Positions 26,401 through 38,482 of a stretch of 64,000 nucleotides of DNA are shown here, piece by piece. Below the pieces are notes generated by a model, which was given only the letters and a program-made list of their open reading frames with translations, was not told where the DNA came from and ran no database searches. How positions within the stretch are numbered: position 1 is the first letter of the stretch; every line of letters starts with the position of its first letter. This DNA comes from Basidiobolus meristosporus CBS 931.73. Lineage: Eukaryota > Fungi > Basidiobolomycota. Made by a program: the position numbers and the translations under genes. The stretch is taken from assembly GCA_002104905.1 (NCBI GenBank), contig MCFE01000305.1, positions 1 to 64,000 of the forward strand, read 5' to 3'.

Positions 26401-26615
26401 ATTGATCAGTCACTACTGTACCACCAATATCTTGCCAACCACTTGATGCTTCTATCAGGGCACCTGGCCATACTTGTCATCTTGAGCAAACAGAGTCACG
26501 TATGCTTTTGACACCTGTAGGCTCACCCCAGTCTCTTGAATATGGCACTCAGAGTGATAGCTCTAAAAAGGGAGGCTCACTCATGGTTTGTGTGCTTATC
26601 TCCCTTCACTGTATC

Positions 26616-29600
26616 TGTAGCAATTTAAGCAGTGATTTGGATATAAGGAACTTATCAAGAAATAGTGATAATAGTTGAACTGTTGTTTATTCATAAAGAA
26701 GCTCAGTATTTATACCTTTGTAGAAGTAATACAGCTGCAACACTAAGTAGGGAGGGTTTCTCAATATTCAGGAGCATTCTGCAACAGTTTCAGGGTTAGT
26801 ACATAATGTTTGGTAATAGTGCTAATTTGATCCTGACTATGGGGGAATAATCATAAGATCATATATCTGGAGAAAGTGGCAAAGTTAAGGCAGTAAATGA
26901 GTCCTACAGTGACTAAGACTAGCCTAGAATTGTTAAGTAAATTTTTAGCTGCTGAATGATACCAAATAGTCCAATATTTCAACACTCCCCCTCAACTAAA
27001 TAATTTCTTAATCCCAATTTCTCTCTGAGATTCTCAAACTGTGGCCTAGCTAGTGGTTTTGTCAATATGTCTGCAACCATTTTGTCAGTTGGGCAGTAAA
27101 CCAGCTCCACTAAGTTATTTTCTACAGCTTCCCTTACAAAGTGATGCTGTATATCAATGTGCTTAGTTCTGGCATGACTAGTAGGATTTCTAGCTAATGA
27201 AATACAACTTTGATTATCCTTGTAAATACATGTTGGTTCACCTGAATTAAAGCCTAAGTCTTTGAATAATTTTTGTAGCCATATAGCCTTCTTTGTTGCT
27301 TGACATGCAGCCATATATTTGGCTTCAGTTGTAGATAGTGCCACAGTTGGTTGTTTCTTGCAATTCCAAGTAATAGCTGCACCAGCATAAAGAAATACAT
27401 AGCCTGTGGTAGAGTGTCTGTCAATCAGATCCCTACCCCAATCTGATTTACTACAACCATCAAATTTTTGCCTATTAGCTGCTCCAGAGTATTCCAGTAC
27501 CATATTTATGGTACCTTGTAGATATCTGAAAATCCGCTTAACTGCTGCAATTTGATCTGATCCATAATTCTGCATGAATTGACTGACTATTCCAACTGCT
27601 ACTGCAATATCTGGACGTGTAGACACCATCAAGTACATTAGGCTACCAACCATTGATTGATAGGGAAAGTTTTGGTCCATATTTGAGCTGTTTTTGTCTA
27701 TAACTGGCTGAGATTTGCTTAATTTCAGGTTATTGTCCATAGGGGTTGCTGCAGGCCTGCAATTTTCCATTTTGAAGCATCTAAGAATGTCCCTGATGTA
27801 CTTAGACTGATTCAGCACAATTTTCTGCGTAGGTATGTCAAATTTGACCTCAATTCCAAGAAAATAGCTCAATTTTCCAAGATCTTTCATCTCAAACTTG
27901 CTGAAGAGATCTGATTTCGTCTGTTTAAGTGCCTCTTGATCACTTGTAGCTATAATTAGGTCATCCACATAAAGAACTAGGATGATCACACCCTTTTTGA
28001 GCTGTTTCACATATATACTGTGATCTGCAGTGCTACAAGAAAACCCAATTTCCTCTAGGTATGTGTCAATCTTGTTATACTATGCTCTGGGTGCCTGCTT
28101 AAGCCCATACAACAATCTTCTAAGTTTGCACACCTTATGGGGGCCTTTTGGATTGGTAAAACCTTCTGGTTGCTCCATATATATAGTTTCTTGCAAATCC
28201 CCATTTAGAAAGGCTGTTTTGACATCCATTTGGTGTAGATCTAGACTGTGTACAGCTGCCAGGGCTAGAACTGTCCTAATAGAGTTAAACTTGGCAACCA
28301 GAGCAAATGTTTCCTTAAAGTCTAGTCCCTGGATCTGGGAATAGCCTTTAGCTACCAATCTAGCCTTGTTCTTATCAACGGCACCATTTGAGGTTATCTT
28401 GATCTTGTAGACCCATCTACATCCTATTGGCTTTCTCCCATTTCGTAAATCTACCAGTTCCCATGTTTTTGCCTTGATCAGTGATTGGTACTCCTCCTGC
28501 ATGGCTTGTTGCCACTTAGTAGCATCTGGACCTTGCATTGCCTGTTCCAGATTCTGAGGTTTGGCACATAAGGCAAGATAAGCTTCTTCATGATCATTGG
28601 ATGTCTGCCACCAGGATCCAGGGGCATTTCTTATTCTGGTAGATCTCCTATCTGGGATAATCTGTTCTGATCTGGAACTGGTAGAAGTATCTTCCATCTC
28701 TGGCTGGATTTGGTACGTATCTTCTTCATTTGTGTTGATTGCATCATCAGGCAGCTGGCCAATGATTTCCGTGGCTTTCTGATCTGAAATCTCCTCAAAT
28801 ACAACGTCCCTGCTCTTGATCAGCTTCTGAATTTTGCCATCATACACTCTATACCCTTGAGTATCTTCACAATACTCAAGAAAGATCCCTTTTCTACTCT
28901 TGGGTTCCAACTTTGAGCGTTTTTTGTCAGGGATGTGATAAAAAACACCACTGCCCAAGATCCTGAGGTGCTGGAGATCTGGTTTTTTGCCTGTATATGC
29001 TTCAAAGGGTGTAGAATCATGTAGTGCTGTTGTTGGGCATCTGTTCTTGATGTATACAGCGGTAGCAACAGATTCAGCACAAAACTTGTAGTCCATTCCC
29101 TTATCATGTAGCATATATCTTCCCATCTCTACTATTGTTCTATTTGCACGTTCTGCTACTCCATTTTGCTGTGGAGTATGAGGAACTGTGGTCTGTTGAA
29201 GTATACCAGTAGACAAGCAGTATTTTGCAAACTCCTTTGAGCAGTATTCTCCTCCATTGTCACTTCGTAGTACCTTCAATTTACGCTCAGTTTGTGTTTC
29301 TGCCATGTTCTTGAAGTGCTTAAACGTCTCTAAAGCTTCATCCTTTGTTTTGAGGAAGTACACCCATGTATATCTTGTCTTGTCATCAATAAATGTCATA
29401 AAGTATCTCTTGGCTCCAAAGGACAGTGTTCTCATGGGGCCACATATGTCTGAGTGTACAATAGCCTATATTTTGGTGGTGTTGATGCCTTATGAGCTCT
29501 TGAAACGTTGCCTAGCTTGTTTGCCATATGAACATCCCTTACAAACATTCAATTTGATCCAAATTGAGTATTTTAGGCCCAAAACAAGCTGTTTTTTCAC

Positions 29601-31301
29601 CAATTGGCTCATTTTCTGTTCCCCTATGTGTCCTAGCCTCCTATGCCACGTCTCCCAGTTGGTTTCATCAGTTTCAGTAATGTTGACATACTCAGGTACA
29701 ATGATCTTGCATTGTAACTTGTATATATTGTGATCTCTGATTCCTGAAGCTAATTTTTGTCCATTTTCACTCAATATTGAGCAGCTCAGCTTAGTAAAAA
29801 CAAATTTCAGTCCCTGAGTAGTTGCTTTACTGACTGAGAGTAGGTTCTTAGCTATTCCAGGTAAATAGAGAACGTCATTCAGTTTTGCTGTTGTTGCCCC
29901 TGAGTTATCACTCATATTTAGTTGTATAGACCCACTGGTGGTAGCTTCCAGTGCAGAGTTATCTCCCAGATAAACCTTTCTTACGGGAATAGTCTTTAAG
30001 TTGCTGAACCAATCCTTTATACCACAAATATGCCGTGATGCTCCAGAGTCAATATACCATTCATTACTTTGGTTACTTGCACTCTCTTGTACAGTTACAA
30101 ATAACTGTTCATCAGTAGTTATATGGTTTGCCTGCTCTAGTTTCTGTTTTTTGTCTGCTTGTTTCTTCTGGCATTCTCTTGCCCAGTGTCCTGGCTTCTT
30201 ACAGTAGTTACAGCAGCCAGGTTTTCTTTGGTTTTGTTGCTTTCCCTTCTTTTCTGTATGCCTTTCTGAACTGAATAAAGGATTATCCTCAATTTTCTCT
30301 GCTTGATCATTATGTCTGAGTTCTTCATGGAGAAGTCTTCCTTTGACATAGTCTAAAGTCTAGTTGTCTTCTCTGCTTTCAAAAGAAAGTATGAGTGGCT
30401 CATACTCGTCTGGTAGGCTGCAAAGCAGACAGAGTATCTTTTCTTCATCATCTACACCAGCATTAATACTGTAAAGTTCTTCTGCAAGTGTCTCCATTCT
30501 GGTAATGAGTTGTAGCATGTCATCATCTGGCTTTTTTCTCATGTTGAAGAACTTTTGTTTCAAATAAAGCTTGCTTGATACTGACTTTGCTCTAAAGATC
30601 TTCTCTAAGAATTCCCATGCTGCTTTGGCAGTATTTGAGGCATGGATTTGTCCAATGAAGGAGTCTTGCACATTGATGCATATTGCATTGAAGGCCTTTC
30701 TCTCTTTCTCTTGAAACTTCTTCACATCTTCTGCTGTTCCTTTGGGCTCAACTTCCTTTCCTGTTACTATGTTCCAAAGCTTTTTTTCCTCAAAGTGGAT
30801 CTGCATCTTGATTCTCCAAAGTCTGTAGTTCTTCCCATCAAACCTCTCCTTTACAGGGAAGTTGTTGGTATTGCTTTTTTTGCTGGTAAAAGTCATCTTT
30901 AGAATAGATTAAGGCAATCAGGGCTCATAACCTGTTGCAATTTAAGAAGTGACCTGGATATAAGGAACTTATCAAGAAATAGTGATAATAGTTGAACTGT
31001 TGTTTATTCATAAAGAAGCTCAGTATTTATACCTTTGTAGAAGTAATACAGCTGCAACACTAAGTAGGGAGGGTTTCCCAATATTCAGGAGCATTCTGTA
31101 ACAGTTTCAGGGCTAGTACATAATGCTTGGTAATAGTGCTAATTTGATCCTGACTATAAGGGAATAATCATAAGATCATATATCTGGAGAAAGTGGCAAA
31201 GTTAGGGCAGTAAATGAGTCCTAGAGTGACTAAGACTAGCCTAGAATTGTTAAGTAAATTTTTAGCTGCTGAATGATACCAAATAGTCCAATATTTCAAC
31301 A
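26616..31301 (-). mobile_element. Full-length Ty1/copia element, family A1 (copia-1)
   Basis: 369-bp LTRs 26616-26984 and 30933-31301 (~12 differences). TSD GTATC/GTACC. PBS GGTTATGAGCCC at 30921-30932. PPT GTTGAGGGGGAG. Confidence 0.97.
26979..30896 (-). pseudogene. Copia gag-pol with in-frame stops
   Basis: gag FDGKNYRLW; knuckle CNYCKKPGHWAREC; protease WYIDSGAS; integrase TFIDDKTRY, SDNGGEY, PQQNGVAER; RT QMDVKTAFLNG, LYVDDL; RNase H. Stops near 30360, 29490, 29465 and 28080. Confidence 0.95.
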
Positions 31302-31943
31302 GTACCCTCCATGCGCCTGACAAAATCCCAGTATGCAATGAGACTACACATGTGGAAAAACAGTGGAGAATGCCAAAGGATACCTTATGGAGCCAAGTGA
31401 GCCCAATAACTCATCTACTGATGAATGATGTCATGTTGTGGCTGGATAGTGGCATGTTTATACAAATACCAGTAATGGGAGCTCTGAGGACTCACTACTG
31501 CTTCTTGCCTAAGTCATTTTGGGATGCAACTCACTATATACATGGTACCAATAGACAGCTTAATGCATAGCAACATATGACCCAGACACCATCCTGATAC
31601 CAGCATGTGTTAAGAGTTGCATGGCATTAACATCAGAAAGTGTCATCATTGCCAGGTATCTAACTAGCCTAAGGCACTCACATCAGATAATGCCGCGTTT
31701 ACAAGGAGTCCAACCTGTGAGATATTGACACATATAGGAAGAAAATATTGCTCACACTACAGATATTTTCCAGTAATACCACATCTGACAGAGCTTATAC
31801 CATGCAACAAATATTGTGAAGCTATACAGTGCTGCATTTAGTACCAATCATGCACAAAGATTTTCAATATATTTGATGGCAAACATTACAAACAGTTAAG
31901 AAACAAGGGCAACTTTGAAGGTATATATGACAATGCCTTTGCC

Positions 31944-32282
31944 TTGGCACTTGGTGGATTCACATTAAACAAGTACTTTACCAGCAAATCTTCCTGGCCA
32001 CTAATTCTCATCAACCTGAGTCTGCCATGTTTCTTATGGTATCAGAGTCAAGATCTCATGGTAGTCTCAATGGTATCTGGGTGTAAATCATCATCCAACC
32101 TGGGTGGCTACCTGAATCCATTACTGGATGAGTTTTGTATTCTTTCTAGTGGGATAACAGTTAATGGCTTTTATGTCAAAGTGCATACTATTATCTGCAT
32201 TGTAGATACCCCAACCATCAGCAAGATAGCTGGCTTTCCTGGGCACAATGGATGGTATTACTTTCAAGTGCATGAGATCTAG
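31944..32282 (+). pseudogene. Tnp2-family transposase catalytic-core fragment
   Basis: ALGGFTL..SSWPLILINLSLP..YLNPLLDEF..IVDTPTISKIAGFPGHNGWYY. Confidence 0.88.
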
Positions 32283-34007
32283 GTAATATTTATACTGATA
32301 CACAACAATACAAGTGCAAGGACTGGATGAACTGGCTATGTATTTATTCATGTTGCCTTCTGAAGCCTTTTCTACCATGAGTACATTTGAAGCATTGGGA
32401 GTCATATGTGGGCATAGTAGTCAATTTATCCAGAGGTGGATGACTAACTCCTATGTGAGGCATCTAATGCTTTGGTGCAAGGAGTTTGAGATGAGATTTG
32501 AGTGGATTTACTACAAGCATAAGGCTGAGTGTGTAGATCTTGGCCACTACTGTATCCATTATCTACTCTGTCTTGCTTGGTGTATGGAAAACATTGAGCC
32601 TTGCTTTAGCTTTTGGGAGTTTTCTATGGAGTAAATATGAGGGGATATAAGATGAGATAAGTTGCAGGTACCACCATGTTCCAATCTGGTCACCTTTGAG
32701 CCCAGTATAGATGTAATGAGCTGGCATATGGAGGACAGTCAGGAACAGTGCAAGATTACTGAGGACAGATGTGCACATATAGACCCCTATGCCTCTGGAA
32801 TTGAGAAGCTAAGCAGCCCCAATGAGTGAGTAAACAGTTAAGCAAGGCACAGTTGGGTTGGGTGCAACAAGCAACAAATTTTTATTAGGAAAGCTCTACC
32901 AAGGTATGCGGATTTCTCTTGGTCATAAGCTAACTTCTACACCAAGCAATACAGTGGTCACACAAACAAGAGCCCAAGTACCCCCATTACAGGGACTTGA
33001 ATCCAACGTGGAGAAGGAGAATGTTGGCTAAATACCAAAAAGTTCTTTACTGATACTCAGGAAGTATCCATTGCAGAAGTAGTGGCAACCTAGCATATGT
33101 TTGCAAGATGTAAACATTATTAGCAATCAACATATATGGCAACTTTGCAAGTAACAAACTCAAAAAGCTGTAAAGTTAAGGTGATAGAAGTATGTCAATT
33201 GCAGCAGGTGTGGATACTTGTAATAGTTGGTAAGCAAGATACCATAGTTTTTTTGATCTGAACAAATGTGGAATACCCATGGTAGTAGTGAGTAAGCAAA
33301 TAAAAAGGGGTGATTCTACAGTGGAATATATGAATTACGCAAGGGGAGGTACAAAAAGGATGTACCATTTGGTAATTTGGTACAGTATCAGTAGACAGAA
33401 CCAGCTGTAGGCTGCCATACTGCTGTAAAATGCCATTGTTGGCTTACAATGAGGCAATCAAAGCACCATCAAGTTATTTGCCATTTAAGGTAACTGGATG
33501 TACTGGCCAGTTAGATCCACTCATATAGTTGTAGAATGCACTAAAGCAAACACAATCCCATGCTAATCTTGGCAAGAGACTGATCAAATACCAACATGTT
33601 ATTTCACTTCATTCGGCAGTAAAGACTTAAGATGGTGTAGAGGGTCATTAATTCCATGCCACTGGTATTTTAGCTGTCTCCTGGTGGAATCTGGATGTCT
33701 GGTGCAGATTGGATCCACCAGCAGGACCAAATTATATTTTGTAGATAGTGTTAATGTCTTCTGTGCCTCTTATATGCTGCCAGGCTTAGTTGCCATATCA
33801 ATATCCTTTGCTCATATGATAAAGCCAATTCAATATGCTTGGTTGCTGCTTTGCACTCTTGTGTACAGTTACAAATAGCTGTTGTGCTGCACTCATTTAG
33901 CTCATATACTCCAGTTCCTGTCCTTTTTAGCTTGCTTCTGTGGTAATGGAAAGTATTCCATTACTGTAATATCTCATAATCAATATTGCAATCATTTCTT
34001 TACCTTA

Positions 34008-34557
34008 CTTCTTGCCATTGTACCATCTAAACACCATATATGCTATCTCTATGTTGCACAGGTCTCAGACTACTAATCCTTGATTGGTTGGATGTGCTGT
34101 GGCTTTTAGAACCTTCCAGGACATTCTTGGCTTATTTTTAGCTCATAGCAATGCTATCAAGAATTCCTTTGATGCCTGGAATCTTCTAGAACCTTGTTAT
34201 TGGTAATCACTTTGCAATCAGGAAAAGTACTTAAGAAAAGGCAATCCCTCATCAATAAATCATCCTTCTATCAGTGACACTTTCCACTTATTGATTAGCG
34301 GTTGATCACTGCACCTACCTTTAACAGTTAAACCTCAGACTTGCCATCAAGGAGCTTTTCAGCGTAGTGCACAAGACACACAGGGACCTTTAAAGACACT
34401 TGGCACATTTAGGAAGCTAGAGAAGCAGGAGCTTTTACCATAGTGACATATTGACAATGACATCAGCGGTTTAGTCACAGAGGTTATTGCACACATCAGA
34501 CACCTCATATACCATGAGTTGTGTAGCTTCTCCCAGGAGTATTTCTACACCACCACA
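34008..34557 (+). mobile_element. LTR family D copy
   Basis: Reverse complement of 5181-5731, ending ctacaccaccaca. Left end degenerate. Confidence 0.75.
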
Positions 34558-34559
34558 GT

Positions 34560-35270
34560 GGTACTACTGGAATACATTCAGACTGTAAACAATGTTTACT
34601 TCCTATGTTGGTGGATTCCTGACAAGTTGAACACCATTCAACGGTGGCATTTTCTGATGTGAATGCCATGCAACTATTATCACAAGCAGGCATCAGGACA
34701 CTTGCTGGGTTGTATTATGCCAGCTGCATGACAGCTATGAAATTGTACTATGTAGAAGGAAAGCTGTATCTCCAAGCAATTTTGGCAAGAAGTTGTAGTA
34801 AGTCCTCAAAGCCAGCATTACTGTTATTTGTGGAAGCATGCCACTTCTCTAGCAACAATCTCACATTGCTCACCAGTAGACGCATTGCTGGGCTCACTTA
34901 GCTGCATAAAGAATCCTTGGCATTTTTTTCTACAGGTGTTGTCTCATCAGTTTATGCAAGATAACAAGTATAGCTGGGTACCATTATTGAGGTACTAGTT
35001 GGCTGACAAGATAATTTTGATCCAGTAATGACTGATGTATGGTCAAATAGGACTTGTGTGGCAAAACACTGGCCACGATCCTTGCAATATTTCTGGTGCT
35101 GTCTGCTCAATGTCACAGCCAAAAATGGAGCCATTTCCCATTGTAACTGCAAAGGAACACTGTACAGTCTTTGGCTCACAACAACAATGCTCAAAGATAA
35201 AGCCTACTGAGAAACCTATCACAGCATGGGAGGGGGGGTCTGTAGTACTTATAACCTAGCATATAAGTCA
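34560..35270 (-). mobile_element. Reverse-oriented, internally deleted fragments of the CACTA family
   Basis: Reverse complements match 18060-18140 and 9830-9990. Confidence 0.6.
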
Positions 35271-35616
35271 GAAGACATTAAAGTGCCCCATATGAAAAAC
35301 TATTGCAATGATCCTATCAAAAGGCCATCACAAATTTAAAGTCCCATGACTAAGAGGTACAGATTGTGTCAGGACATCATCCAGAAACCATTGAAAAATT
35401 ATTGCACCACAGATTTCACAAAAATCAGTCAGAATTTTTCATTGTAACAACGTATAAATGGCTTTTGATTAGTTCCCTGCCAATTTGCTCACTTTCTGAC
35501 CCCAGACACTCTGTCACATCCTGAGTTTGTGTGCATTGATTGGCTATTGCCTCTTTTTCACATTGTTTACTTCCTTACTCATCTGTTTCTCTTACTTCTT
35601 GTGAGTGTAATTTGAT

Positions 35617-37471
35617 TTATTTTAGTTGAAACTTCAGTTGTAACTCAATTGCCAGTTGCATTGACCTATATAGGTCCCTATACCCTACGCCAACAAAAAG
35701 CACAACCCCACACTCAACAAACAACTCCATTAAAATCCACCACTTGATAAGTATTTCTGCTGCAACGCTCTGATTCCATAACTTTGGCAGGAACCCAATG
35801 GCTTTATGCCACTGTTCATTCACTGGTTCCCCCACATCCTGATCTTCAACAGGCACTGCATGGCCTAGCACCTCATCTGCCAGTTGTTACAATAAATCCT
35901 TGCAATATTCAAGTGCGCTTTCTTAAGCACTGCTCTTGAGGAAGTGCTGCAACCTCTTGGTGTGCCTATTAACGTTCCAAAACTCCACTGAAGGCATTGT
36001 GATGGTGTTTCAAGCTCTTGACATTGTAGCCTTGTCTGTCAGTAGGATAACCACTTTGTCAACAACAGAGCATGTGGAGGCTGTGGTAGACAAGTTGCCA
36101 TTTTCTGCAAACTTATATGCCTTGCTGGAGTGTAGCTCAACTGGCTGCACTTCCAACACTTGTCAAAACAGCTGTTTTCTTGTTGGTAGCCCTTCTTGCT
36201 ATGATGGGAATCAGTTGGTTCCAAGCTTGCGGCGCTAATTGGCAATAACTGCAGCTTTTATTGCATGCCTCCCTCTCTCAGCCTTAGGTAGGCATTTTTC
36301 CCTTTACTGTTTCCTTTATCACTGCTGGGTTTTTGACTGCTACTTTGTCTGAGTGCTTCTTTTAATGAACTATGCTTTCTCCTTGATAAATTTGGCTCTG
36401 ACGCATATCTTTTGGCCTACTGTCCCTTGCTGGCACTCTTCTGGCAACCTGGCATTTTTTTCCGCTTGTTTTGAGCTCTCAGCCCCATTTGCAACAGGCT
36501 CCTGTAAGAGCTGATGGTTTTTATCACTGCTAGGTCCTTCACTGCTACTATGACTGAGCACTTCTTAAGTGGTACTATGCTTCTTCCTTAATAAACATTG
36601 TGCTGGTGCATACATGTCTGTCTGCTTGTCCCTAATTGGCACTCTTCTAGCTAACCAGCATCTCTTTGGGGCTTGTCTGGGGCTTTCAGCCCTTCTTGTG
36701 ACAGGCTCTTAATGAAGGCACTGGTTTTTAGCCATGGCACGATTGTTCTTTTGGCCTTGACCTCCTGATGGTCCTATGGTATGCTGGCCTTAAGGTAAAA
36801 GCATGCTAGACTTCTTATGGCCTCTGGAATATTAGCCCACTCCTCATTATTGCACTCAATGACTTCACAGATCTTCAATGTCTTTTGTTTTTAGGCTTTG
36901 GTACAAACACCACATTGTCTCCCTCCCACACTGTGATAGGTCTTTCTGTGGGCTTTATCTTTGCGCACAGTGGTTGTGCTTCACAGACTGTAAGGTGCTC
37001 CTCAGCTGTTGCATCAGGAGAAAGCTCAATTCTTTGCTGTGACATTGAGCTACTTGGGTTCCTTCTTTGCGGCACAAATACTGCTTTCTCCACCTGGGAT
37101 ATTGATTGTTCTACCCATATTACCCACTCATCCTGTTTCTGGATTATTTCCTGATTTCTCTGGGTCATTGCATCCATACTATTAACCACTACACCTAATT
37201 GCTCCATAAAAGCTTTTGTATGAGCTGACAAGATACCTGCTAATATGGGTGGTGGTGATATTATGATGGCCTTTGGCTGGCCTTCATCCAAGGGTACTGC
37301 ATTTGCTACCTTTGCATCTGCCTGAGCATGATCGTCAGCTTGTGGGTCTGCAGAGGTTCTCAATTGCCTACTAGACGGAGAGCCTGAGGAGTCCACTTTA
37401 TTACCTTCAGTGGGCACACTGTGAACATGGCCTTTTTTGGATGCAGCCCTGCTTATTTCACTGTATGTCAA
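35617..37471 (-). pseudogene. CACTA ORF2 (accessory protein, unknown function), degenerate
   Basis: 198-aa frame 36875-37471 with a coiled-coil-like stretch, plus downstream fragments. Homologous peptides recur in all copies (QEPITSRAESSKQ-like repeats; ARIYC..LADEVL; ILIKWWI.MEL). Confidence 0.55.
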
Positions 37472-37772
37472 ATAAGCTGTTGTCCAACTGTTCTTCTGCT
37501 GCTGTAAGAGGTGGGGTTTGGTTGGGAACCAGACAAATGTGCTTTATTTTTTGCAGTATGTATATGGTAGTGAGTCAAACCAATGGGAAAAAGTGTTACA
37601 TATACATGTGTATGTGGTGACACAACTCTATTCATAATTCTTACATTGGTAGGTCATCATTGAATTCTACATTCATGTAGGTGCAATGTTTCAAATACAC
37701 AACTGTGTTAAATTCACATGAGTGTTGACAAAAAGTGATATATTAGTGTTATGTTGCTGAAGGTCAAACTGT

Positions 37773-38042
37773 TTGCCCACAGACAAGACTACTTTGACTG
37801 AACACTGCGAGAGGAGAGAAAAAAGACCATGTGGTTATTGTAGCAAGCCTCTCAGCTATGAAGCATGCAGACAGCATAGGAAGCATCACAAGGATAATGG
37901 CCAATGTTTTGCTGCACATATCACATTTGACCATTCATTGGTCACTACTGTACCAACATTATCTTACCTGCCAGTTGGTACTTCTATATTGGCACCTGGC
38001 TGTCTTTGTCACTTGCGCAAACTGAGTGAGGTGAGTTTGTGA
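37773..38042 (+). pseudogene. N-terminal fragment of the Tnp2 ORF with a zinc-finger-like motif
   Basis: RPCGYCSKPLSYEACRQHRKHH. The start is a TTG call from the ORF track. Lies upstream of and colinear with the Tnp2 core in copies A and B. Confidence 0.55.
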
Positions 38043-38084
38043 TGCCTTTAGGCTCACCTCAGCCTTCTAAATATGGTACGCAAA

Positions 38085-38482
38085 GTGAAACCAGCATGTA
38101 TTTACAAGGATAATCAAAGTTGTATTTCATTAGCTAGAAATCCAACTAATCATGCCAGAACTAAGCACATTGATATACAGCATCACTTTGTGAGGAAAGC
38201 TGTAGAAAATAACTTAGTAGAGCTAGTGTACTGCCCAACTAACAAAATGGTGGCAGATATATTGACAAAGCCACTAGCTAGGCCACAATTTGAGAATCTC
38301 AGAGAGGAATTAGGATTAAGAAGTTATTTAGTTGAGGGGGAGTGTTGAAATATTGGGCTATTTGGTATCATTCTGCAGCTAAAAATTTACATAACAATTC
38401 TGGACTAGTCTTGGTCACTGTGGGACTAATTTACAGCTCTAACTTTGCCACTTTCTTCAGATCCATGATCTTATGATTATTC
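38085..38482 (+). mobile_element. Copia family A2 3' fragment: RNase H tail, PPT, first 140 bp of LTR (38343-38482)
   Basis: IYKDNQSCISLARNP..HARTKHIDIQHHFVR; GTTGAGGGGGAG then TGTTG. The LTR variant matches 18155 rather than 38483. Confidence 0.9.

Larger units (their letters stand above)
23681..33746 (+). mobile_element. CACTA/CMC transposon copy A (~5.4 kb net) with a copia insertion
   Basis: Left end ctctatgaaaaa. Right end tatattttgtagat aligns with tatatttcataggg at 43450. Tnp2 motifs at 31944-32282. No clean TSD. Confidence 0.75.
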
